NCBI GenBank assembly: GCA_030600545.1 | Contig: JAUVLV010000003.1 | Location: forward strand, 12,186-76,185 | Direction of reading: 5' to 3' | DNA from: Candidatus Aegiribacteria sp. | GTDB lineage: Bacteria; Fermentibacterota; Fermentibacteria; Fermentibacterales; JCC-6 | Length of the DNA: 64,000 nucleotides | Shown here: positions 19,345 through 27,584 of the stretch, piece by piece | How positions within the stretch are numbered: position 1 is the first letter of the stretch | Layout: each line of letters starts with the position of its first letter | The notes under the pieces: generated by a model | Database searches by the model: none | Told to the model about the DNA's origin: nothing | Seen by the model: the letters and a program-made list of their open reading frames with translations, nothing else | Position numbers and translations under genes: made by a program

Positions 19345-20342
19345 TTAATTTTCACTGAACGGTGATGGCATCTTATAGCCTCTTTAAGAATTCTGTTCAT
19401 TACTTTGGAAGGACTCACACCAGATGCATCCCAGAGCTTCGAGAACATGCTGATCTCGGTAAAACCGGGAATTGTATTTATCTCGTTGAAATAGAATTTT
19501 TCATTGCTGTCAAGAAGAAAGTCGGCTCTTGCAAAACCGCTTCCCTGTAGTAATGCGAAACAATCTTCAGCACATGATCTTATCTCGCTTGAGAGAGTAT
19601 CAGGGATGGGCGCTGGAATGAGCAGTTTTGATTCATCACAGTTGTATTTGGCCGAAAAATCGTACCATTCATGACCGGGAAGAATTTCACCTGCTACCGA
19701 AGAAGATATCGTACCCGATTCCGAAAGAAGGGCAACCTCAATCTCCCTTGCATTCTCAAGTCCGTTCTCAATAAGAATCAGTTTGTCGAACCGGAATGCC
19801 AGATCAGCGGCATCCTTAAGAGTATCAGGAGAATCGACCCTTGAAATACCAACACTTGATCCCATCCTTGAAGGCTTTACGAAAACAGGATACCGCAAAG
19901 GAGGTAATGATACAGGTGATGGAGGACAGTGAGTTGTAAAGCTTTTCCATGGAAGTACGGGAATGCCACGAGATGAAACAAGCTCTTTCGTCGTGATTTT
20001 ATTCATAGCAACGGCTGAAGTCATAACATCTGCCCCGGCACAGGGCCAGCCAGCCATCATGCAAAGCCCCTGAATCGTACCGTCTTCCCCATAAGGCCCG
20101 TGCAGCACAGGAAAAACCGCGTCAAAGATAACTTCAGAACCGTTCTGCAGCAGTTTCCATACTGAATGTCCGGTATTGATTTCAAGATAAGTGCCCTGCA
20201 GTGACCATTGTCCGTCAATGCTGATCTCAACCGGTATTACTTCGTGTCCTGATTCCTCAAGTACTCTTCCAACAAAAGCGGCTGATACCAGTGATATTTC
20301 ATGTTCGGCGGACTTTCCTCCCGAAAGTAGAAGAATTTTCAT
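19332..20342 (-). CDS. ddl: D-alanine--D-alanine ligase
   Basis: MKILLLSGGKSAEHEISLVSA plus an ATP-grasp pattern. Confidence 0.85.
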   Translation of the reverse strand: MKILLLSGGKSAEHEISLVSAAFVGRVLEESGHEVIPVEISIDGQWSLQGTYLEINTGHSVWKLLQNGSEVIFDAVFPVLHGPYGEDGTIQGLCMMAGWPCAGADVMTSAVAMNKITTKELVSSRGIPVLPWKSFTTHCPPSPVSLPPLRYPVFVKPSRMGSSVGISRVDSPDTLKDAADLAFRFDKLILIENGLENAREIEVALLSESGTISSSVAGEILPGHEWYDFSAKYNCDESKLLIPAPIPDTLSSEIRSCAEDCFALLQGSGFARADFLLDSNEKFYFNEINTIPGFTEISMFSKLWDASGVSPSKVMNRILKEAIRCHHRSVKIKCTQ

Positions 20343-20490
20343 TGTTCCTCCTGAACCTATTAGCCCGGCATGGGTCTTGACCGGACAATTCCCGTTGGTA
20401 GTTTTACCTGCACGCTAGTTGAATACTAATATACGATTACTTTATATATCCGGCAGGGACACTTCTCTGCAGATAAGCACCGGAGGCTTT

Positions 20491-21432
20491 ATGAAAATAC
20501 TGATCACAGGAGGAGCAGGTTTTATCGGCTCCAACATCGCTGATTACCTGATAGAAAAAGACACTGAAGTTCACATAATGGATGATCTTTCAACAGGATT
20601 CATGGAAAATGTAAACGAAAAAGCCAAATTTCATGAAATGGATATAAGAAGCGAAGAGGCATTTAAGCTGATCTCCGGCGGAGGTTTCGATATCGTATGT
20701 CATCACGCAGCCCAGATGGATGTCAGAAGGTCTGTACGGGAACCTCTTTTCGACGCGGATGTAAACATAAAAGGAATGATCAATGTTCTTGAAGCCTCGC
20801 AAAAAGGTGGTGTGAAACGTATCATCTATGCATCCACAGGAGGTGCCGTTTACGGTGAACCTGAAAGTATTCCGGTTGCTGAAGACCACTCGATCAATCC
20901 AATCTGCCATTACGGTATAAGCAAACACACTGCTGAACACTATCTTTTCCTTTACAGGTACCTGTACGGGCTCGATTACGTTGTACTCAGGTATCCCAAC
21001 GTTTACGGCCCAAGGCAGAATCCCTTCGGTGAAGCTGGTGTTACAGCCATTTTCACTCTTGCCTACCTTACCGGTAACTCCCCTGTCATAAACGGAGATG
21101 GAATGCAGCAGAGGGATTACGTGCATGTCACGGATATCGCGAGGGCCAACTGGATGGCGATGGATCTTTCAAGAAACGATATATCGGGAGAAATATTCAA
21201 TATTGGATTCGGTACGGGAAAATCCGTGATCGAACTGGACAGGATAATCCGCGGTTATTCTGGAACAGAACTTTCTCCCTCTTTCGGCCCGTCCCTGCCC
21301 GAAGAAATACTCAAAATCGCTCTTGACAGCACAAAGGCTGGTGAAATCCTGGGATGGAAACCTGAGATTAAGTTCGAAATCGGATTAAAAGAACTGGTTG
21401 AATACCACCGAGCAAAGCTGTCTGAAAATTAA
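20491..21432 (+). CDS. NAD-dependent epimerase/dehydratase (GalE-like short-chain dehydrogenase)
   Basis: MKILITGGAGFIGSN and the YGISK catalytic motif are present. A GGAGG ribosome-binding site lies 8 nt upstream. It sits adjacent to gmhB. Confidence 0.8.
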   Translation: MKILITGGAGFIGSNIADYLIEKDTEVHIMDDLSTGFMENVNEKAKFHEMDIRSEEAFKLISGGGFDIVCHHAAQMDVRRSVREPLFDADVNIKGMINVLEASQKGGVKRIIYASTGGAVYGEPESIPVAEDHSINPICHYGISKHTAEHYLFLYRYLYGLDYVVLRYPNVYGPRQNPFGEAGVTAIFTLAYLTGNSPVINGDGMQQRDYVHVTDIARANWMAMDLSRNDISGEIFNIGFGTGKSVIELDRIIRGYSGTELSPSFGPSLPEEILKIALDSTKAGEILGWKPEIKFEIGLKELVEYHRAKLSEN

Positions 21433-21992
21433 TGGAATCTAAACCAGTTTACATTGACAGGGACGGTGTTATAAACAAAAACAGGAGTGATTACGTTAAA
21501 TCACTTGAGGAATGGGTTCCCATACCCGGAGCAATTGATGCAATCACAAGACTCAGTAAGGCCGGACATCCGGTAGTAGTTCTTACGAACCAGTCCGCAA
21601 TTGCCAGGAATTTTTGTTGCGTTTCCGATGTTGAGAGAATACACCAGCACCTTATATCTCTTGTCAGTAAGGCCGGAGGCATGATATCGGGTATCTACTA
21701 CTGTCCTCACCATCCAGACGACGGGTGCGAGTGCAGAAAACCCCGTACAGGTATGGTTGATTTCGCAAGGAGGGAACTTGATCTCCCCGATGGAGGGTAC
21801 ATGATTGGTGACGCGGATTCTGATATGGAACTCGGCAGAAGAGCACGATTGAAGACAGTTCTTGTTCTTACAGGACGAGGAAGGGATCAGCTTGAAAGAA
21901 TAAAATCGAAAGATCTGCCTGAACCCTGGAAAGTTACAGAAAACATATTTTCTGCTGTGCAGATAATACTTGAAGATTCAGCGGATGACTGA
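21432..21992 (+). CDS. gmhB: D-glycero-D-manno-heptose 1,7-bisphosphate phosphatase (HAD-IIIA)
   Basis: The HAD motif DRDGVIN, LTNQSAIA, and the zinc-binding CPHHPDDGCECRKP insert typical of GmhB are all present. Confidence 0.8.
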   Translation: MESKPVYIDRDGVINKNRSDYVKSLEEWVPIPGAIDAITRLSKAGHPVVVLTNQSAIARNFCCVSDVERIHQHLISLVSKAGGMISGIYYCPHHPDDGCECRKPRTGMVDFARRELDLPDGGYMIGDADSDMELGRRARLKTVLVLTGRGRDQLERIKSKDLPEPWKVTENIFSAVQIILEDSADD

Positions 21993-24332
21993 TCAGTTTT
22001 CCTTAACTATCTCAAGATTCTCAAGATAATACTCCAGCTTATCAATACCTTCCTCGATTTTTCTTATGCTCTGTGATTTCCCGGCTTTTTCGAGGAAGGC
22101 TCCAATCTTTGTGATTTCAGTGAAACCGTAGCCTGCTCCTGACCCCTTCATATTATGGCCGCACCTTTCGATATCTCTGTATTCATGTTTATTCAGGAGA
22201 TTGCGTAATTTACCGATATCATCCTGCAGATTGCTGATATAACCGGGGATCAACTCCATGAGTTCGGGGTCAACGACCACTCTTATTCTATCCCCGTCGC
22301 TCTCAGGTGAATCTGAAGGGTCATCGTGTTTATCGTTATCGCTTTCGATTTTACCGGTTAGTTCTCCTACAAGTCTTATAAGAGCATTCTTGCTAACTGG
22401 TTTTGCAAGATGAATGTCACATCCCGCATCAAGACATTTCTTGATTTCGGTGTTTATGGAATTTGCGGTAAGGGCAACAATTGGTGTATGCTCGAGCCCG
22501 TTTTCATTTTCGATCTCCCGGATTCTTTTCGTTGCAGTGTATCCATCCATTACAGGCATCTGCATATCCATCAGAATGATATCCCAGTATTTCTGGAGAA
22601 ACTTTTCAACAGCTTCGCTGCCGTTTTTCGCTTCGATTATAAGGCAGGGCTCTTTTCTGAGGAACGCCTTAACCAGGAATCGGTTATCAGGCGAATCATC
22701 TACAAGCAGTATACTGAGGTTATTAAGGGTTTTTTCCTCAGCCTTATTCTTCACCTTTGAAGCAGTTCCTATTTTTTTCTCATCAGTTGATTCATGATGA
22801 ATATCGAATTCAGCCGTGAAAGAAAATGTGCTGCCCTGTTCAACCTGACTGTCAACTGAGATTTCTCCGTTCATAAGGCGTACCAGCTTTTTCGATATAG
22901 TCAGACCGAGACCTGTACCGCCGAATTTTCTGGTTACCGAAGTATCTGCCTGCGTGAAACTGTTAAAAATACTCTCAAGTTTTGAAGCAGGGATTCCGAT
23001 ACCGGAATCCACAACGGAGAACTTGATGATAGCCTTACTTCCTGATATTCTGGTTTTCTCAACGAATACCTTGATACTGCCGGATTCTGTGAATTTGATA
23101 GAGTTGCCTACAAGGTTGACGATTATCTGCATTAACCTGTCAGGATCACCCTTGAGGTACGCTGGTACATCGTCACTGATCTCGCACGAAAGGGTAAGTT
23201 CTTTTTTCTCTGCTCGCAGTTTAAAAGTATCTATTACTTTGCGCAGAGTATCTCTTATATTGAACAGGATTGTTTCCAGAACGATCCTTCCCGCTTTGAT
23301 CCTTGAAATGTCCAGTATATCGTTCACCAGAGCAAGGAGGCTGTTTCCGGAGGAATGCATGATCTCGACGTATTTTCTCTGCTCATCGTTAAGTTCGGTA
23401 TCAGCCATAAGTTCAGTAGTCCCGATTATTGAATTAAGAGGTGTACGGATCTCATGGCTCATATTAGCCAGAAATTCGGATTTTGTGCGGGATGCGTTCT
23501 CAGCGGCTTCGCTGGCTTCGACTATTTTTCTTTCCACATCCCTTCTTTCGGTAATATCCCGTATTATGCCTATTGCATGCCATGTATTATCCAGCTTTGT
23601 AGCAGATATTGAGAGTTCAACAGGGAAAACATTGCCGTTCTTACGTCGGGCTTCTATTTCAATAGTACGCCCTATCACAACTCCTTCACCGGTATTTCTG
23701 AAGGTTTTGTACCCGTTATTGAAAGAATCAAGATACTGTCTGGGAGCTATCAGCTGGTGCAGGTCCTCCCCCATCATTTCATCTACAGTGTAGCCGAGCA
23801 TTCTGCATGCTGCTGAGTTCACGAACGATATGTTTTTTTTATCGTTCATCATGATTATAGCGTCCTTGATGGATTCCGTAATAGTTTTGATTTTTTTTTC
23901 ACTGTACAAATCAGAATTATACTGTTCAGTACTATCGGGATACTCATCCGTACGTATTTTTTCAGATGTTTCCTCTTCAGATATTTTGGGGAGTTTGATG
24001 AAGGAATGAATGATACCTTTATGTTTTCCGATGGAACATCCGGTTGTCGAAATAATAACCGGGATTATCCGGCCCCCGTATATTTTAAGGTTACCCTGCA
24101 CGGCCTCATTGGAAGGCATCAGAGGTTTATTTTTGGCCGATTTGAGAAAATAACTGCAGAGTTTTCCGATTACAGCGGTTGCAGGCATTTCCAACATTAG
24201 CAAAGCTGTACTGTTTGTCTCAACGATTCCGCCGGTGGTTGAATCAGAAACAAATACACCGGAACCTTGTGAATCAAAGAAAGTTTCATCCATTGTTGTA
24301 GCAGTACGCTCAATGCCACCTGAATCTGACAT
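21993..24332 (-). CDS. Hybrid sensor histidine kinase (PAS-HisKA-HATPase-REC-Hpt)
   Basis: H-box SHEIRTPLNSIIG. The HATPase G-boxes, a REC domain (LLVDDSPDNR...MDMQMPVMDG) and a C-terminal Hpt (HNMKGSGAGYGF) are all present. Confidence 0.85.
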   Translation of the reverse strand: MSDSGGIERTATTMDETFFDSQGSGVFVSDSTTGGIVETNSTALLMLEMPATAVIGKLCSYFLKSAKNKPLMPSNEAVQGNLKIYGGRIIPVIISTTGCSIGKHKGIIHSFIKLPKISEEETSEKIRTDEYPDSTEQYNSDLYSEKKIKTITESIKDAIIMMNDKKNISFVNSAACRMLGYTVDEMMGEDLHQLIAPRQYLDSFNNGYKTFRNTGEGVVIGRTIEIEARRKNGNVFPVELSISATKLDNTWHAIGIIRDITERRDVERKIVEASEAAENASRTKSEFLANMSHEIRTPLNSIIGTTELMADTELNDEQRKYVEIMHSSGNSLLALVNDILDISRIKAGRIVLETILFNIRDTLRKVIDTFKLRAEKKELTLSCEISDDVPAYLKGDPDRLMQIIVNLVGNSIKFTESGSIKVFVEKTRISGSKAIIKFSVVDSGIGIPASKLESIFNSFTQADTSVTRKFGGTGLGLTISKKLVRLMNGEISVDSQVEQGSTFSFTAEFDIHHESTDEKKIGTASKVKNKAEEKTLNNLSILLVDDSPDNRFLVKAFLRKEPCLIIEAKNGSEAVEKFLQKYWDIILMDMQMPVMDGYTATKRIREIENENGLEHTPIVALTANSINTEIKKCLDAGCDIHLAKPVSKNALIRLVGELTGKIESDNDKHDDPSDSPESDGDRIRVVVDPELMELIPGYISNLQDDIGKLRNLLNKHEYRDIERCGHNMKGSGAGYGFTEITKIGAFLEKAGKSQSIRKIEEGIDKLEYYLENLEIVKEN

Positions 24333-24518
24333 ATGGAACTCCCCCGTATTCTATCAAAAAATTATCATCACATATAATCTATTGTAAAAAGGGATGGATA
24401 TGCAACTACGAGTTATTAAATACAGGATGTCTGTCACTCACATCTTTTCAGAACTTATTGTTATTTTCATATGTATGTTGTATGTTTTGTTTACAGTAAT
24501 CAATGAAACGAAGGTATT

Positions 24519-24887
24519 ATGGCATTATTAATGATAGTAGACGATGATCCAATGATCAGGAAAATGCTTGTAACAGCGTTCAAAGATAAAAACTACGATG
24601 TGATAGATGCTCCCGACGGTAAAACCGCCCTCAGAATATTCCGCGATGAAGATGTTGACGTTGTAATTACTGATATCATCATGCCGGATATGGAGGGTAT
24701 TGAGACCATACGCGAACTTCGGAAGATCAAACCTGATGTGAAGATAATCGCATTCTCAGGAGGCGGTACTCTCGCACCTGACGGTTATCTGAAATTAGCG
24801 TCTTCAATGGGAGCGCAGTACACTTTCCAGAAACCCGTTTCCATCAAAGAACTCAGTAAGGCGGTGAAGGATCTTCTGGATTCCTGA
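24519..24887 (+). CDS. Stand-alone response-regulator receiver (CheY-like)
   Basis: IVDDDPMIR...ITDIIMPDMEG...IAFSGGG make up a complete REC domain with no output domain. It is divergent from the hybrid kinase. Confidence 0.8.
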   Translation: MALLMIVDDDPMIRKMLVTAFKDKNYDVIDAPDGKTALRIFRDEDVDVVITDIIMPDMEGIETIRELRKIKPDVKIIAFSGGGTLAPDGYLKLASSMGAQYTFQKPVSIKELSKAVKDLLDS

Positions 24888-24980
24888 TCCTGTCTATTTT
24901 ATTACACTTCTAATCGAACATGAGGATACTACTCATGGGTTCCTGTGAGTGAGATATTTTATCATATTTCGTATATGGTG

Positions 24981-25691
24981 ATGAAAAATAAACGCAGAAA
25001 TAAATACTTAAGATTATTCGGGCTTTTCCTTCCCTTCGCGCTGCCGGCTGGTGTTTTTGTATTATGGCTTTCTTCACAATGCAACGGGCAGGAACAGAAT
25101 CCACTTCATATCGTTGCCTCGATGAATCTTGAAGGCGGCAGAACCACAACGTTTTCGACGATCCTCCCCGATGGTAACGAAGCTGTATGGGAATGTTCAG
25201 AGGGTAAATTCATAGAAACCGGTGATATTATAGCAAGGGGCAGAAATGTGACATGGCAGCCTACACCGGGTCTTGTGGATTCCGTCTCTATAATTATCAC
25301 TACTCCATCTGTTTCAGACACCGTCAGATTCCTTCCTGTAATACCTGATATCCTTCCATCCGTAACTGTTTCGGCTTCTTACCATCTTTCTATACTTGAG
25401 CGAGCCAGGAACATTCAGATAGCTCCTGGATTATACCGAGCAGTATCAAGGGGAGATGCTCTCAGAGGGTATGACGGCCTTGTTCTTCTCATAGTAACAA
25501 CAAGAGGAGAATACCGTAAAGCTTACGGTATGCTTCCCGGTGATACGCTCATGCTTGCCCTTCCATTGGGCGGGACAATACAGGCTACCGGTATTGATAA
25601 TATGGAAGATGCCATGAACAATGAAGGTAATATCCAGATTCTCTTTGAAGTTCTTGAAGAAATGCCTGAAACTGAAATGGTTGAAGAATAG
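24981..25691 (+). CDS. Hypothetical secreted/membrane-anchored protein
   Basis: The N-terminus has basic residues followed by a hydrophobic stretch (MKNKRRNKYLRLFGLFLPFALPAGVFVL). No recognisable domain. Confidence 0.35.
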   Translation: MKNKRRNKYLRLFGLFLPFALPAGVFVLWLSSQCNGQEQNPLHIVASMNLEGGRTTTFSTILPDGNEAVWECSEGKFIETGDIIARGRNVTWQPTPGLVDSVSIIITTPSVSDTVRFLPVIPDILPSVTVSASYHLSILERARNIQIAPGLYRAVSRGDALRGYDGLVLLIVTTRGEYRKAYGMLPGDTLMLALPLGGTIQATGIDNMEDAMNNEGNIQILFEVLEEMPETEMVEE

Positions 25692-25694
25692 ATA

Positions 25695-26990
25695 TCATCT
25701 AAACCTTCGCAGGTAACCTTTCCTTCTTGAGAAGAGCCACAGGGTAACAAGGCAGACAGGCCAAAGCCAGAACATCCATTCAAGAAATACTATCCTGCCT
25801 GATTTCAGAATCTCCAGAATTGCAAGCCAGATGAATACGATCCATTCAGATAGTATTGATGCGACCGATATGAATGGAAACAACAGCGTTAAGAATCCTG
25901 TGAGCATGGTTCCGAGCATGAAAGGTACCGAGATGACCGTTGCAATTGGAGCGACCGGGCTGAGGCCGCCGTATGTAAACGAAACCAGCGGAGCCAGAGC
26001 GACGGTAACCACAACCCCTGCATACGCGATCGACATGATCCAGCCCGGTTTTCCTGTAAAATTCTTACCAAGAATTATAAGGCTCAATACCGCGCCGAAT
26101 GACATTTTTGCTCCTATGTTTTCTAGAACATCTCCCGATGAAACGGCAGTGAGAAATATGACGGCAACTGACCATACGAAAAGGAGATCAGGTGTTCTAC
26201 CTGACAAATGAAACAGTATAAGTACAAGTAGAAGCATTACTCCTGCCCTTACGGTAGATGCCCTTGCTCCCGAAACAAAAACATAAATGAAAGCTATCAA
26301 TATAACTGCCGTTATCGATAACCAGCCTTTGCCGAAGAGTTTTCTGAAAATGATCAGCATCAGAGTTGACAGGATACCCACATGCATGCCCGAAAGAGCC
26401 AGCAGGTGTGATGTACCTGTATCGCTGAAAACTCTGCGGACAGACGGGGGCAGATATCCCCTTTCTCCCACCAGAAGAGCTGAAACCAGCGAACTTGTTT
26501 CTCGTGAGGTTATACTTCCGGCAAATTTTTCAGCGGTAGTCCTTCTGATACGATCCTGAAGTGAAGTTGAGGGAATCGATCGAAATGCGGAGCTTTCCAT
26601 GAATGCGCCGCTTACCGAGCCGATTATTACAACTGAATCTCCCCTGCTGACCGATTGAGCAAGCTTTCTGTCGGATGACCATACGGTATATCCCATTGGA
26701 GCAACCAGTATTGCTCCCTCTGTAGTGGTAGTTTTTACACTGCAGTGCCATACACCCGCTTCGGAAGTTTGATCGGAACGGGGCTGTCTGCAAGGATCAT
26801 CAAGGTATGATCCGAGAAGAATTGATAAAGTACACAAAATGATGATGCCGGATTTCCGATGTCCCAAGGTTATAAGAACAACTCCTGCGGGAATTCCGGC
26901 AAGCCATATTTGAGATGAGCAGCGCAGCGGTGTATAATACCCTGCCAGAAACAAAGCGGTGAACAGGAAGAGTGTTTTGCTGAAAACCAT
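25695..26990 (-). CDS. ComEC/Rec2-family membrane protein (competence channel domain; no metallo-beta-lactamase domain)
   Basis: It is polytopic. LLALSGMHVGIL matches the ComEC 'Competence' domain signature. The 431-aa length covers only the DUF4131 and Competence parts. Confidence 0.65.
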   Translation of the reverse strand: MVFSKTLFLFTALFLAGYYTPLRCSSQIWLAGIPAGVVLITLGHRKSGIIILCTLSILLGSYLDDPCRQPRSDQTSEAGVWHCSVKTTTTEGAILVAPMGYTVWSSDRKLAQSVSRGDSVVIIGSVSGAFMESSAFRSIPSTSLQDRIRRTTAEKFAGSITSRETSSLVSALLVGERGYLPPSVRRVFSDTGTSHLLALSGMHVGILSTLMLIIFRKLFGKGWLSITAVILIAFIYVFVSGARASTVRAGVMLLLVLILFHLSGRTPDLLFVWSVAVIFLTAVSSGDVLENIGAKMSFGAVLSLIILGKNFTGKPGWIMSIAYAGVVVTVALAPLVSFTYGGLSPVAPIATVISVPFMLGTMLTGFLTLLFPFISVASILSEWIVFIWLAILEILKSGRIVFLEWMFWLWPVCLVTLWLFSRRKGYLRRFR

Positions 26991-27033
26991 TGTACCCTCA
27001 GTTTACTCAGAATCTTTATGCAGTTCAAGTGGT

Positions 27034-27489
27034 ATGCCTTTATTTATACTGGACAACCTGCGCAGCGCTTTTAATGTTGGATCCGTTTTCAGAACAGTTG
27101 AAGCTGTTTTGCCGGCCTCGGTGTTTCTGACAGGAATATGCTGCAGACCGGGAAATCGAAAACTAAGTCACTCCTCGCGCGGAACCCATGCAGTTGTTCC
27201 CTGGAGATATTTCAGTGAAGCTGTAGAAGCTGCAATATGGGCAAAAAACAGCGGACGGATGCTTGTAGCTGTGGAGAATTCAGACGATGCAATTCCGATC
27301 TGGGAAGCACGATTTGAGCTTTCAAGTGCATTCATTCTTGGTAATGAAGCGGATGGACTGAATCCTGAAATCGCGAAAATGGCTGATATAAGCATCTATT
27401 TTCCACAGAGTGGAACAAGGAAATGCATCAACGTATCAAGCACCGCTGCAATTATCGCTTCGGAGATTCAGCGAAGAAAATGTCTTTGA
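27034..27489 (+). CDS. SpoU/TrmH-class (SPOUT) RNA 2'-O-methyltransferase
   Basis: NVGSVFRT, LVAVENSDDA, LGNEADGL and the knot-region motif INVSSTAAI are present. The start was moved to an internal ATG because the long ORF overlaps the divergent comEC start. Confidence 0.7.
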   Translation: MPLFILDNLRSAFNVGSVFRTVEAVLPASVFLTGICCRPGNRKLSHSSRGTHAVVPWRYFSEAVEAAIWAKNSGRMLVAVENSDDAIPIWEARFELSSAFILGNEADGLNPEIAKMADISIYFPQSGTRKCINVSSTAAIIASEIQRRKCL

Positions 27490-27584
27490 ATTGTTTGAAT
27501 ATCTCTGAAACCCATATTTATCAGCCCATATTTCTATAACACTATCTGACGTAAAGAAGGTTGCAGTAAAGTGTCTGTGATGGA

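Noticed and set aside
22954-23793. 279-aa plus-strand ORF, Ser/Leu/Ile-rich
   Set aside because: It is antisense to the hybrid histidine kinase gene. Its composition mirrors the Glu/Asp/Ile-rich sense strand, it has no start context, and it overlaps a well-supported gene.
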